DNA from: Octopus bimaculoides
Lineage: Eukaryota
DNA: 36,023 bases
Direction of reading: 5' to 3'
Assembly: GCF_001194135.2 (NCBI RefSeq)
Contig: NC_068995.1
Coordinates: 29,440,243 to 29,476,265 of the forward strand
The position numbers and the translations under genes are program-made. Of this stretch, positions 22,851-34,194 are shown piece after piece. Under the pieces are notes generated by a model, which ran no database searches, was not told the origin of the DNA, and saw only the letters and a list, made by a program, of their open reading frames with translations. Numbering within the stretch: the stretch's first letter is position 1; each line of letters starts with the position of its first letter.

Positions 22851-23469
22851 GAAGACGGTAAATAAGGAAAATGTAGAAATGATATACAAACTTGAGATGA
22901 AATGAACTAGTAGGCGACGATTTATTCTCCGTTATAAAATACAATGACTGCCATACATGAAATAAAATAACATAACAGCTTACGACAAAGATGTGTAAGA
23001 GACTTCGTGGTTAGGTTGAACTGTTGGTCTTATAGGCAAAGTTGACGTACTGTTTTGGTGGTGTGTAGAGGCAGCCGTTAGTCTGTTGGTCGCGTGGTCT
23101 TTATACAACAACAATGTAGGCAAGTGTCTGGTGGAAAAGATGAAAGTGGAAACTGGCGGGTGTTAGATACAGTCGAGAACTGCCGTCTTTATAGAGAATA
23201 GTAGGCTCCCATCGGCTGGTGATTAATTTTCCGCGTAATGAAAAATGAACTGTTGCGCCAACACGATTGGACGGCTGGAAGCCGATCAATACAAACAACA
23301 GGTTCATTTAATCACGAAGTCATGTGACCTGCTGGAACGAAAAGGCTTGTGGAGTCGATATTCGGGTATTTAAGCCTAGATAATCCATAACGAACACACC
23401 TCATACACACACACACATAACCCATAACGAAAACATCTCATACATACACACACTCACACGTTTTTATGC

Positions 23470-23685
23470 ATGTGTATGTCTTTCTGTTTGTTCCCCCCTA
23501 CACCACTTGATAACCGGTGTTGTTTTGTTTACGTCTCCCCCTTATATAGCAGCTCGTCAAGAAACCGATAGAATAAGTACAGACTTTAAAATAACTACTA
23601 GGGTTGATTATTCGACTAAACCCTTCAAGCCAGTGCCCCAGCATGGCTGCAGTTCAATGACTGAAAGTGAAGGATAAAAAAAATA
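23470..23685 (+). mobile_element. SINE S1 3' half
   Basis: AACCGATAGAATAAGTAC..GTGCCCCAGCATGGCTGCAGTTCAATGACTGAAA. Confidence 0.8.
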
Positions 23686-23704
23686 TATCTATTTTATACG
23701 TCTC

Positions 23705-23840
23705 AAGCAAATCCATTCACAAGGTTTTAGCCCGAGGCTATAGCAGAAGTCATCTGCCTAAGGTGCTACGCAGTGAGATTGAACTTGGAACCATGTGGTT
23801 GGGAAGCAAGCTTCTTACTACAGAGTCACGCCTGCGCCTA
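23705..23840 (-). mobile_element. SINE S1 head
   Basis: Reverse complement GGCGCAGGCGTGACTCTGTAGTAAGAAGCTTGCTTCCCAACCACATGGTTCC... Confidence 0.85.
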
Positions 23841-24204
23841 TACGTATAAAACTGTGGTTAGCTTTGCCAAGTTGTAGAATATTGAGAGGTACAGCTTACC
23901 ATTGATTGTATGACTGCCATTATATATATTTATGGTTGTTTCCTTAACTTATGCTGAGAACAGAAAGTGTCTGACTTGTGCGAAATTACTCTACTGGATA
24001 TCTTCAGTCATATCTTAGCACTTGAATCTGCTGTTTTAACGGCGTTTCTGCGTTCGAAAAAAAATTATCATTTTATTTGTATTGTACATAACAAACCATA
24101 CGTTCTTTGTTACTTCGGATTCTAACTTTACTTGCAGATGGTATAAAACTAGTATTGATTGTATGTTTACAACTAGACTAAAGATATCTTTTCTGATTTT
24201 CAGA

Positions 24205-24540
24205 TGTGTCTATGTGGTAAGGAATCTTGTAGCTTCCCAACCATATGATTTTTGATTCTGACTAACTGTGTGGCACCTTGGGCAAGTGTCTTCTACAATA
24301 CTTCCAAGTATTTATGTGTGTGTTTATGGGTGTAAATATGTAGATGTGCGTATGTGGTACTGCCTCTTCGCCTTGACATTGGATATAGTTGTAAAACTTC
24401 GTTTTCAATCTTCCGTGAAAAACATGTCCGGTCATGGGGAAATATTACCTTATTTGGAAACAGGTGAGATTTGGAGAGAAGAAATGCATCTGACTAGAAA
24501 ATCCACTTCATCGAAATCCGACCAACCCATACATAGTACA
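24205..24540 (+). mobile_element. SINE with S1 head and RTE-like tail
   Basis: Head ..GTGGCACCTTGGGCAAGTGTCTTCTAC, then AAAACATGTCCGGTCATGGGGAAATATTACCTT..GAAACAGGTGAG..ACCAACCCAT. Confidence 0.7.
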
Positions 24541-24904
24541 TATACGTATATACATGTGCCCCAGCATAGCCACAGGCGGTTCCTCAGAATGGCTGCAGTC
24601 AAATGACTGAAACAAGTAAACTATAAAAAAAAAAGTTAAGAATAAAATATATTTTTCATGTGAGACAGTTATTGCTGGACTCATTGCTCTTGTAATTGAA
24701 CATTGATCTTAACACCTAAAGTGGGTCTGGGATTTCGGCCAGTCAAACAGATTTATGACTCACCAGTAGACCAGCACCATAGACTCAATGCTTAGAATGG
24801 ACGCAACTGAAGCTACCACTGGGCATACAACTCATGAGATAAACCCATAGCTAAAGTGGACAAGACACAATGAAGAGAATTGACAAACAAACATACACAC
24901 ATGT

Positions 24905-25275
24905 GCATGTGTGTTTGGGGTTCAGTCCCATCTCATGGAACCTTGGACAAGTGCCATCTACCTAGGCTGATCAAAGCATAGTGTGTGGATTTGGTCAATA
25001 GAAAATGAAAAGAAGCTTGTTGTATGTACATGTATGTGTGCTACTGTCTTCCTGATCTTTTGTATGATAGTTGTAAATGAGACCACCATCATGCAAGCAG
25101 TCTACCTTGTTTTCCAGTCTTCTGAGAAAACATGTCTGGTCATGGGAAAAATATTACCTTACTTGAAAAAGGTAAGGATTAGCAATAGGAAGGATATATG
25201 ACCATAAACAATCTGCTACGACAAATTCCATCTGAGTATGGAAAATTGACATCAAAATGATGACGATGATGATGA
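24905..25275 (+). mobile_element. SINE with S1 head and RTE-like (GAT)n tail
   Basis: GGGTTCAGTCCC..GTGGATTTGGT..AAAACATGTCTGGTCATGGGAAAATATTACCTT..ATGGAAAATTGACATCAAAATGATGACGATGATGAT. Confidence 0.75.
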
Positions 25276-25344
25276 TATCTATCTAACTATCTATCTATAT
25301 ATATAACATAATATGGTAAAAATTCGATATATATATATATATAT

Positions 25345-25606
25345 ATATACATACATATATACATCTGTTGGAGAGGATTGGCCTGCAAAATCCCTATGCC
25401 AGTGCCATATAGTAAGAACTCTTGCCAGCATCACATAAGAGCACCTGTACCAGTGCCATGTAAAAAGCACCCAGCACACTTTGTAAAGTGGTTCACATTG
25501 GGAAGGGGATTCATCTGTAGAAACCAAGCCAAATTAGTCTGGAACCTAGTCAAATCATTCAACCCATACCAACATGGAAAACAGACATTAAAGGATGATG
25601 ATGATA

Positions 25607-25610
<4 letters not shown>
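25345..25610 (+). mobile_element. RTE-type 3' end, degraded
   Basis: GTAAAAAGCACCC..GGAAGGGG..CTGTAGAAACC..AACCCAT..CATGGAAAACAGACATTAAAGGATGATGATGA. Homologous to 26555-26800. Confidence 0.75.
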
Positions 25611-25650
<40 letters not shown>

Positions 25651-25669
25651 CATATATTTTCTTTTAAAT

Positions 25670-26025
25670 TTTTATTTGTTTGTTTCAGTCTTTAGACCGT
25701 GGCCATGCTTGGAGGGTTTAATCGAACAAATGGACACTAGTACTTACTTTTTCTTTTAAGCCTGGCATTTGTTCTATTGACCTCTTTATCCTGAACTACT
25801 ACGTTATGATAACATAAACCAAACAACACCAATTATCAGGCAGTGCTGGGGGATGAACAAACACACACATATATATGATGCACTTCTTTCAGTTTCCATC
25901 TTCCCAAATCCACTCACGAGGGTTTCGCTGACCAAGGGTTATAGTAGAAAACACAAGCCAAATGTGTCATGTAGGGAGACTGAAACTAGAGCTATGTGGT
26001 AGGGGAGCAGGCTTCTTACTACACA
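25670..26025 (-). mobile_element. SINE S1, near full length, degraded
   Basis: Tail (TTGTTTCAGTC..GGCCATGC) and head (CCAAATCCACTCAC..GCTTCTTAC) in minus orientation. Confidence 0.8.
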
Positions 26026-26554
26026 TACATTTACACACAAGCAAGTGCATAGGTACCAAATATAGGGGATAAAATAATACGCTAAGACTGAAGGTAGAGT
26101 AAAATAGCATTTTATTGGGCAAAGGAATCACTTTTCAAAATAACAAGAATCTCTTAGATGAAAGAGATTGAGCATAATCAAAAAATATATTACCATTGTG
26201 TCAAGTCAAATTTAAATTACCAAACTGGATAGTGTATATCACCTCATCTGCATTTTTATATATNNNNNNNNNNNNNNNNNNNNNNNNNNNNNNNNNNNNN
26301 NNNNNNNNNNNNNNNNNNNNNNNNNNNNNNNNNNNNNNNNNNNNNNNNNNNNNNNNNNNNNNNNNNNNNNNNNNNNNNNNNNNNNNNNNNNNNNNNNNNN
26401 NNNNNNNNNNNNNNNNNNNNNNNNNNNNNNTCATCATCATCATTGTTTAACGGCCATTTTTCCATGGGTGCACTGGTCAGATGAGTGCATATATTTATGC
26501 ATGCATGCACACACACACACATGTATCTGAGCACCTAATCAAACTATTTTAAAT

Positions 26555-26800
26555 GATACCATTTCGAGCGTGGCCGTTGCCAGTACCGCCTGACTGGCCT
26601 TCGTGCGGGTGACACGTAAAAGCACCCACTACACTCTCTGAGTGGTTGGCGTTAGGAAGGGCATCCAGCTGTAGAAACTCTGCCAAATTAGATTGGAGCC
26701 TGGTGTTGCCATCCGGTTTCACCAGTCCTCAGTCAAATCGTCCAACCCATGCTAGCATGGAAAGCGGACGTTAAACGATGATGATGATGATGATGATGAT
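26555..26800 (+). mobile_element. RTE LINE 3' end / RTE-tailed SINE with (GAT)n tail, well preserved
   Basis: ACGTAAAAGCACCCACTACACTCTCTGAGTGGTTGGCGTTAGGAAGGGCATCCAGCTGTAGAAAC..CATGCTAGCATGGAAAGCGGACGTTAAAC(GAT)n matches the 3' end of the RTE at 34195-34350 (opposite strand). Confidence 0.9.
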
Positions 26801-26819
26801 GATATATACATATATATAT

Positions 26820-26960
26820 TAGACAGAATGAGATAACAAATCCAAGGCTGTGAAGAGTTTTCAGAACATTTATAATGAAACAGTCTTACAGCTGTTTCTG
26901 GGATATTATGGATATCCCTTCATCAGACGGTGTGAGAAAATATTTGATTTCGAATTATTA
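26820..26960 (-). mobile_element. Penelope-like terminal fragment with hammerhead-like motif (26881-26930)
   Basis: Minus strand CTGATGA A GGGATAT-ccata-ATATCCC A GAAAC AGCT GTA. Intact core, 7-bp stem II and palindromic stem III loop, but stem I is not well formed. Confidence 0.6.
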
Positions 26961-27728
26961 TGGAAAAGGAGGAGATAGGGAATACAGAGGGAAATAAGAG
27001 AAAGTAGAAATAAGATAAATAAAGATATTGTAGTTGTAGTTCCATTATTCGAGGAAAATGGTGTATAGAAGTGGTAAAAAAGTTTCCTGTACATAGTATG
27101 TAAGTTCCAATAGCAGTTCATGTTTATTCATTTCAAAGTATGGAGCTGTGGAATCAATGTTGCTCGTTCAAAAAGGTTTTGTAGTGTTAATGAAAATTTG
27201 AGAATGTATTGGTAGTGTTTGTGGATAGATGGTGAGAGGAGAGATGTGTATGATTAGAAAGAGGAGATAGGTCAAAATGAAAACAGGAAGAGAAAATGAG
27301 GAGAAAAAAGGAAAAAAGAAAATAGGGAGAGAAAAAACAAAGAAAAGTGAAGGGTGAAAGAAGTGAGAAAGGGAGTGTTAGTTAGTGGTCAAGATAATGT
27401 GATGGGAGGATGGGAGAGGGATAGGAAGAGATGAGAAGATAAGGAGTAAAAGAATGAGAGATATGTGAGTAGGGGTGATATAACAGCTGCATTAAGGGAT
27501 GGGTAGAAAAAAGGTATGGGTGGAGTGATACCAAAATGAGTAGTAGTTTTGGTAGTAAAAGTTGAGGTGAAGGGAAGAATATAAGGACATCAAATTACTA
27601 TAAATAGACGTGATAGGTAGGAATAGGAGAGGAGGAAAGAAGGTGTAATAGCATATGTACGCATGCACTCACATTTATATTTGCGAATATGTATACATAT
27701 ATGCACACACATATATACAGACATATGC

Positions 27729-27759
<31 letters not shown>

Positions 27760-28248
27760 TGTCCAAATATATATTAAAAGAGAAGTTTTCCCATTACACA
27801 TGTTTCATTTACAAATAGGAGTTACAAAAGTGTTCATGTAGAAAAAAAATGTAAGACATCTATTAGAACTTCATCAGACAGAATTAAAATAATACAAAAT
27901 TGGCATTTGTATGAAGCTTTGGTTTATAGTGTAAGTAATAATTAGGAGTCACGCAGATACTTAGAAAGGAGAATAGAGAAGTAATATTTTTCCATTCTTT
28001 TTTTTTCCTATTCTCTTTCAATCTGCATAACTCCTCAATATCCCTTAAACTATAAATTAAAGCTTCATCCAACTATAAATTGTTGTAGTATACTATACAG
28101 CCCAATATATACATACATTATGAATAAGAACAGAGAATTATACAGCCTCAAAAACTTGTTTATTACAGCATTATATACAATACATTCACATTAAATCTCA
28201 GTCCAACACATCTTTCATGTTTTCACTATTTTGAGATATGTGTGTGTG

Positions 28249-28298
<50 letters not shown>

Positions 28299-28339
28299 TA
28301 TATGAGTACAGGATGTTACCAATGGTGTAAACAACATGA

Positions 28340-28790
28340 AATACATAAACAAATAAGTTCAATACGTAAACGAAGTAAAACAAAAAATGGAAAACAGGAC
28401 GAGTAAACACAGAGAAAGGACCCTTCATCAGTTGTCGGCTGTCTATCTGCTCCTCATTTCGAGCATTCAATGATAATATGAGTCTTCAAAGACGGATGCT
28501 CCCATAAATTCTAAAATAAAATTTTGGATTTATGGAGGGTCAAAGTTGGGAACAAAAACAGGACAGTGGAGACATACAAGGAAACAGAGTGAAAAGAAAC
28601 ATGGAGAGTCGTTAGACCAGAACGAGAGGAAAACAGTGAATACTGGGAGAAATATTTTCTTTGTAAAGAGAAAAGATTGAAGAGAGAGAAAAAACACAAC
28701 CAGTCTTTTGAACATCCGTGCAAGAAAAGAAAGATGGTCACGTGACAAAAAAAAAATGGACAATGGTCACATGTGAGCAACAAGAGAGAG
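28340..28790 (-). mobile_element. Probable Penelope-like terminal or non-coding region
   Basis: Minus strand CTCGAAATGAGG..CAACTGATGAAGGGTCC. It lies directly downstream of the PLE RT remnant in the same orientation. Assignment is by recognition only. Confidence 0.4.
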
Positions 28791-28811
28791 ACAGATAGAT
28801 AGAAAATGGTC

Positions 28812-28850
<39 letters not shown>

Positions 28851-28852
28851 TA

Positions 28853-29428
28853 TACACCTACTAAGTTCATTACCTGAGCAGAACTGCTCAATCCCATGGT
28901 AATGTTGAACTGATCAAGCCCATCTTCCCTATCCCAATATTTCATCAAATTCGATTATAGACTTTCTGACCATCAATATAATGTCAATTTCTTCTTTAGA
29001 TAAACTTGAGCTTCTCATCATGAATATTAATGCTTTGTTGAATAGAATTGGGTTAATGGATGCATTGTAATTTGATATCTCTAAATGTATGAACTTTATT
29101 CTTAACATCAGTGAACCAATCAATTATCTCATATAAACTAGACCATGAGTTAACTTTATTTTCATTTCTAAGCTTGGGTATATATTTGTTAATGATAAAA
29201 TTCCTAAGTCTACCTATATCTGACTTTGAGGGGCATATAAGTAATGGATAAGTAGTGAATTTAGGCATAGGGCCCTTCAGGTTAATTCTAGGAGTTCTAG
29301 GGAGGTAGAGGTCTGTTCTATCTTTGAAATGTAATCTTTCTACTATCTTCTTAACCTGGAATTTCATATTTAGTAGGTTGTTTTTTGAGGTGTTTTTATA
29401 GTTTTTCAGGATTTCCCTTTTAATTATA
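28853..29428 (-). pseudogene. Penelope-like element reverse transcriptase remnant (second family)
   Basis: LICPSKSDIGRLRNFIINKYIPKLRNENKVNSWSSLYEIIDWFTDV, ISNYNASINPILFNKAL..IDIILMVRKSII and FNITMGLSSSAQVMNLVGVY are PLE RT motifs, frameshifted. Confidence 0.9.
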
Positions 29429-29444
29429 TGCATGTATATATATG

Positions 29445-29700
29445 TATGTATGTATGTGCATGCCTGTATGTGTGTGCTACTGCCTCCTGCCTTGAGATTG
29501 CATGATAATTGCAAGTGGCACCATTATGGAAGTGGTGTTTATTGTTTCCAGTCAGAGACATATTTGGTCATGGAGAAATATTACCTTACTACAGGTAGGG
29601 TTTGGCAACAGGAAGGTCGTCTGGCTGTAGGAAATTTGTCTCAACATATCACACCTGACTGATGCAAGCATGGGAAAGTGGATGTTAAAACATTGATATA
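29445..29700 (+). mobile_element. SINE 3' part with RTE-like tail
   Basis: GGTCATGGAGAAATATTACCTT..GGCAACAGGAAGG..CTGTAGGAAATTTGTCTCAAC..GCAAGCATGGGAAAGTGGATGTTAAAAC. Confidence 0.8.
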
Positions 29701-30024
29701 TATGTATTGGGTTGCTTGTCTAGCCAGTAGAGTGGTGTCATTCGAAAGCAACAATGCAAGGAAGTGCATAATAACCAGCAGTGTATAACAACAACAGACA
29801 GTTATGTCAAAATGTATGTGTGTGTGTATTGTATAACAATACGTAATGGTATTATTGTTTAAATTTCTCCAAACCATGTATGCCGAAAATCTGGTACTTG
29901 TAATTTTGCTCAAAAGCCCATTATTTACAAGCAGCCCAACTTTGATAACTGGTGATGGCTGGGAGGAACAAAAACATTATAGTTTAGTAACAGTAAAGAT
30001 GTTGTTTAGTAACTCAATCAGAAA

Positions 30025-30198
30025 TTATTTTGAAAATATTCGAATAAATATTATCATCCAAAGAAAAGTCAACGTCACAGCAGCAATCATAAGCCACACC
30101 CACCAGGTACAAGAGTTAGTGTGTGCTTCCAAATGTTCTGTTTGTACTTTTAGCTTATCAAAGTTGGAGCTTGCCAAGTGTGAACTATCAGAAATGGT
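30025..30198 (-). CDS. USE1: Terminal coding exon of vesicle transport protein USE1 (ER Qc-SNARE, tail-anchored)
   Basis: Strong acceptor ttttttctttgttttgcag|, phase 0, 57 codons plus TAA: TISDSSHLASSNFDKLKVQTEHLEAHTNSCTWWVWLMIAAVTLTFLWMIIFIRIFSK*. This matches my recollection of the human USE1 C-terminus ([58 protein letters not shown]): end of SNARE helix plus C-terminal TM. I found no full-size upstream exon in the window. Confidence 0.88.
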   Translation of the reverse strand, partial: TISDSSHLASSNFDKLKVQTEHLEAHTNSCTWWVWLMIAAVTLTFLWMIIFIRIFSK

Positions 30199-30494
30199 CT
30201 GCAAAACAAAGAAAAAAGTGAAACTGAAATTAAAGAACAAGCTATTGTAAGACCACAAAACAGATTGGTTATTTATTAATTTATTAAAGAAATTACAAAT
30301 ACAGTCAATCTAAGCACCACTTTTCTTTTTTTCTTTTGTTATTCAACTTGGGAGGAACAAAAACATTATTGTCTAGTATAATTACTGCATTGTTACTGTT
30401 GGTATAGATGTATTTTCACAAAGAAATCATAGCAAATTAAAAATGGATGATTCAAGAAACTAAACAGTTTGGACCCAGTAAACCTTAGTATGCT

Positions 30495-30597
30495 TAGGCA
30501 CATCATGTCACTGTATGAGTTAATCTCTCCTGTAGCTGCAGGCACATTGTATTGCATTGAGAAGGGAGAAAACTCATACAGCAACATGATGTGCCTA
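30495..30597 (-). other. Long inverted repeat/hairpin in the presumed USE1 intron
   Basis: Arms 30495-30521 and 30571-30597 are 25/27 complementary. Both mismatches are G-U wobbles in the minus-strand RNA. Confidence 0.85.
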
Positions 30598-33500
30598 CAG
30601 CAAGCTAAAGGTATAGAAACAAAATGATAGACCAAACTGATAAAAGATTGGATTACCAAAACCAATAAGTATTGAATTGAAATTTATTATTGATATTTCC
30701 TAACATGTTTGAGTAAGATGCTTAACCTTCTGAGACCATATTTCTAACAAAATATCATTTATGTATTTTACTTAATTCAGTAAATAACTGTGTATTTCGA
30801 AGTAACTAAATTTTTCTTAGTCTCAAGTGGGTCAGTGACAAAAGGGCTCAGTTCTAATATGTCTTGTTATTGATTTTAGTTTTCTGTTCTTCCAGCAGTT
30901 TGGCACACAATCCACTTAGCATTGTATTTGTAAACAACATCAAAGAACTAAATTAACACATCCCATAGATAGAATCATTAGAGAGTCAGATTAAATGCAT
31001 TGTATTTGTTTCATCCCATCTTTGCTAAGCACAATTTTTCTTTACATCCTTCCAGGGCTGATAAATAAAATATTAGTGAGGGCATTTGTTGTAGCTCTAC
31101 ATATTCACACCTTAAAACTTACCATTAGACTACTATTGTTGGGCAGTCATCTCTTCTAGGTAGACTAATAAAAACAAAAATAGGCTCTAAATTCAAAAAA
31201 GTTCATTTATTGTAGGGTACAAAGTGATCAATAATTACTATGACGATGGTGATGATGATGATGATATGATGATGAACTGAACTTATCATCATGAGACAGT
31301 AATCAGTATGTTTCCTTGGTGAATATTTGCCCTCAAAAGTTGACACCAGACATTACTTAATTTGTGTTAGTAAATTCATTGTAGTTAATACACTTCTCTA
31401 TGTTCATCTACTGTCACATTTTCATTTGTATGGATTAAGTAGGTTTATCCAATTGAACTATAACTAAAATAGCTATACAGAGCAGTGACAATACAACGTA
31501 CACCAGAGCAAAGGATTTTACATTCAGACAGCTACTCTTCAACACAAACTGGTGTGTGTGTGTAAAAAATGTGTAAATGAGAAAATTAAAGTGTGTTTTA
31601 TGTGGGTATTTTCAAATAAATATGTACTCAATTGTACATGTGTGTATTAACATCTATGTAGAGATCGTGTGTGAAAGACTTATGTAGAGACAGGAGTTCC
31701 AAAGAGGCTATTATAAGTTACTGGATATCTTTGAATGACTAACTCACTCAGACTCCAGCCACTGAATGATACCCCCCTCACATCCACTGCCCCCCCTCCC
31801 AATACATTCAGGTTCAGAAACACACACTAACCCCAACCCCACACCACCCGTATTTAATAAGATAAAACAAGCTGACTAAGCATTCAGGACTCAAACTGAT
31901 TGTCAACAAGCTGGGTAGGAAGGGGAAAGACCAGTTCTTACTTTAATTTATATAATTGTGGTTCCCTTAGAATAAAAGACAAGACAAGACTTACAGCTGA
32001 TGGCAGGGATCAGAATTAATAAAAGTCTGTAGCTATAGTGATGACTGTGGTGATGTTGTGGGTAATGGATGAAGTAGACAATGTCTTGGATTGTAGATAG
32101 TGAGAAGCATAGAGGGGAGAATAAAAAGAAGAGGGAACAACACAAGAAGATAACTGTTTAAGAAACATCACTACCCCTAACGTATACACACACACACACA
32201 AAACACTTCAAAACATGAGTTTATCAACATCAAGTCAAAACACAAGCCTAAAACATTTCTGACTACTGTGAATGATAAACAATAAATAAATAAATTAAAT
32301 AAAGAACACAAATGTCTGGACTGCTGTTAATAACAATGAAGAAACAAAGGCAAAACAGCTGTGTGGGGGTTTGTTTAACTACATATTAACCAATTCCCTC
32401 AGACCACAGCAAGCCTTTTTTTTTTACACAAGTACCACTAACAATGTTTAGGTGGGTTTTGCCAACAATTGTAGGTGTTTCTATAGCACTAGACTTTGAA
32501 CAATGGTGAAATGAGATTTAGGGTCAAAATGAAAAAATAAATAAAATAAATGCGTAAGACAGATTAAGAGGATTTATCGGATGTTGATGTGTGGCTGTTA
32601 AATATAATGCTTTTTAACCAGAGTTCCACAATAATTTTGAGGTGTCGCTGACTAATCTAGGTGCAGTTGCAAAACTCTCACATTTGAGGCACAAAACTAA
32701 TAATAAAAGCTTTGGATCAACTATAAAATGACCTAATCATAATGATACATTTTCTCACACAGATGTTATAAGTGTCCATACATCCACTCACACTGTTGTA
32801 TAGAAAGTAGACATGTATCAGAGTAAATGTAGTTATAGCATACACATGCAAACATGCACATGTCTAACATTGAATGTACACAAAGTGCAGACAACATATA
32901 CACATATATAGTCACACAATGAAGATTGCACAGTTCATGATATATACATACATGTATATTTACACACATACACAAACATTGTGCATATATACTATACACA
33001 CAAGTACTCACACAGAGCACTACCTACAGACATACACAGTATACATAAATATAAATCAACACACACATGTATCCATACACATCATCTATACTATACATGT
33101 ACAGACTCACAAACATGTACACCCTTTACAGACACAAAAGCCAGTGAGAGAGAAGGAGAGAGAGAGAAAGAGAGATGATATCAGTAGTCAGTTTGTCTCA
33201 GATGATTTATTGAACTTGAACTAAATTGAGATATTATTGGATGGAGAGAGAGAGAGAGGAGGAGAGAAGAAAGAGCAGGCAAGGGAGGGGAAGGCAATCA
33301 TCTTGGCTACATAACTAGACTGACAGAGGATGTCTTACTGTCTGTCTGTCACACAGCTACACCATTCATTACACAACAGCTAAACTGATGGGCCTGCCTG
33401 TCACATACAGTCTCTCCATTACACTACAAAGTTAAGTTGAAATGTGTGTATGTCTATCTGTTAGACAGTCCCACCACTACACAACACAGCTAAACTGAAA

Positions 33501-33794
33501 AGCGAGCTGTGTAGATGACCTTATATTATACTATACATCTGAGTCCCAACATTATACTACACACACATATATATATAATCAAGATATCCTTGACCTGAAG
33601 AGTAGCTTGCAGTATGCAATCTCACTTGGATATTTACCACTTTCAAAGTTCTGCTCACTATGAAACCCGAATCTTGTCTACTCCATTCCTTAACTCTTGT
33701 ATTCTTATTTGCATACCTGGCAACCCTGGTTATCTACTGTGAAATATAAAAAAGAACTTTCTTCAATTTATCATACTTCAATACGAAAAAAAAT

Positions 33795-34005
33795 CTGTGT
33801 CTATGTTTGTCCCTCCACCATTGCTTGACAACCAATGCTGGTGTGTTTACATCTCCCGTAACTTAGCGGTTTGGCAAAAGACCCTGATAGAATAAGTACT
33901 CGGCTTACAAAGAATAAGTCCTGGGGTCGATTTGTTCAACTAAGGGTGGTGCTTCAGAATAGCCGCAGTCAAATGACTGAAACAAATAAAAGAGTAAAAG
34001 AAAGA
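33795..34005 (+). mobile_element. SINE S1 3' half
   Basis: GTAACTTAGCGGTTTGGCAAAAGACCCTGATAGAATAAGTAC..CTGGGGTCGATTTG..GCCGCAGTCAAATGACTGAAACAAATAAAAGAGTAAAAGA. Confidence 0.9.
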
Positions 34006-34151
34006 ACTTTCTGTCTCAATAAACCATTATTGTCCCTGACAGTTTTATATATATATATATTACAGTTTGCTTCTTAATCCTTGGATACATGTGTGTGTGT
34101 GTGCGCATGCACGTGTGCATATGTGTATGTGTGTGTATATATATATATATG

Positions 34152-34192
<41 letters not shown>

Positions 34193-34194
34193 TA

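Noticed and set aside
23030-23310. KLITSRWEPTILYKDG, faintly like a Gypsy integrase C-terminus
   Set aside because: Too weak, and no PPT/LTR could be delimited.
23380-23458. Two ~36-bp direct repeats (CCATAACGAA..CTCATACA..)
   Set aside because: Only two units beside (CA)n. This is an ordinary slippage duplication, not a CRISPR-like array.
6420-26534. Long ORFs filled with X
   Set aside because: Artefacts of N-gaps (6643-7032, 7557-8396, 10428-11012, 13139-13996, 17593-17810, 19398-19705, 26264-26430).
29846-30250. 134-aa plus-strand ORF
   Set aside because: Antisense shadow of the USE1 exon in AT-rich DNA.
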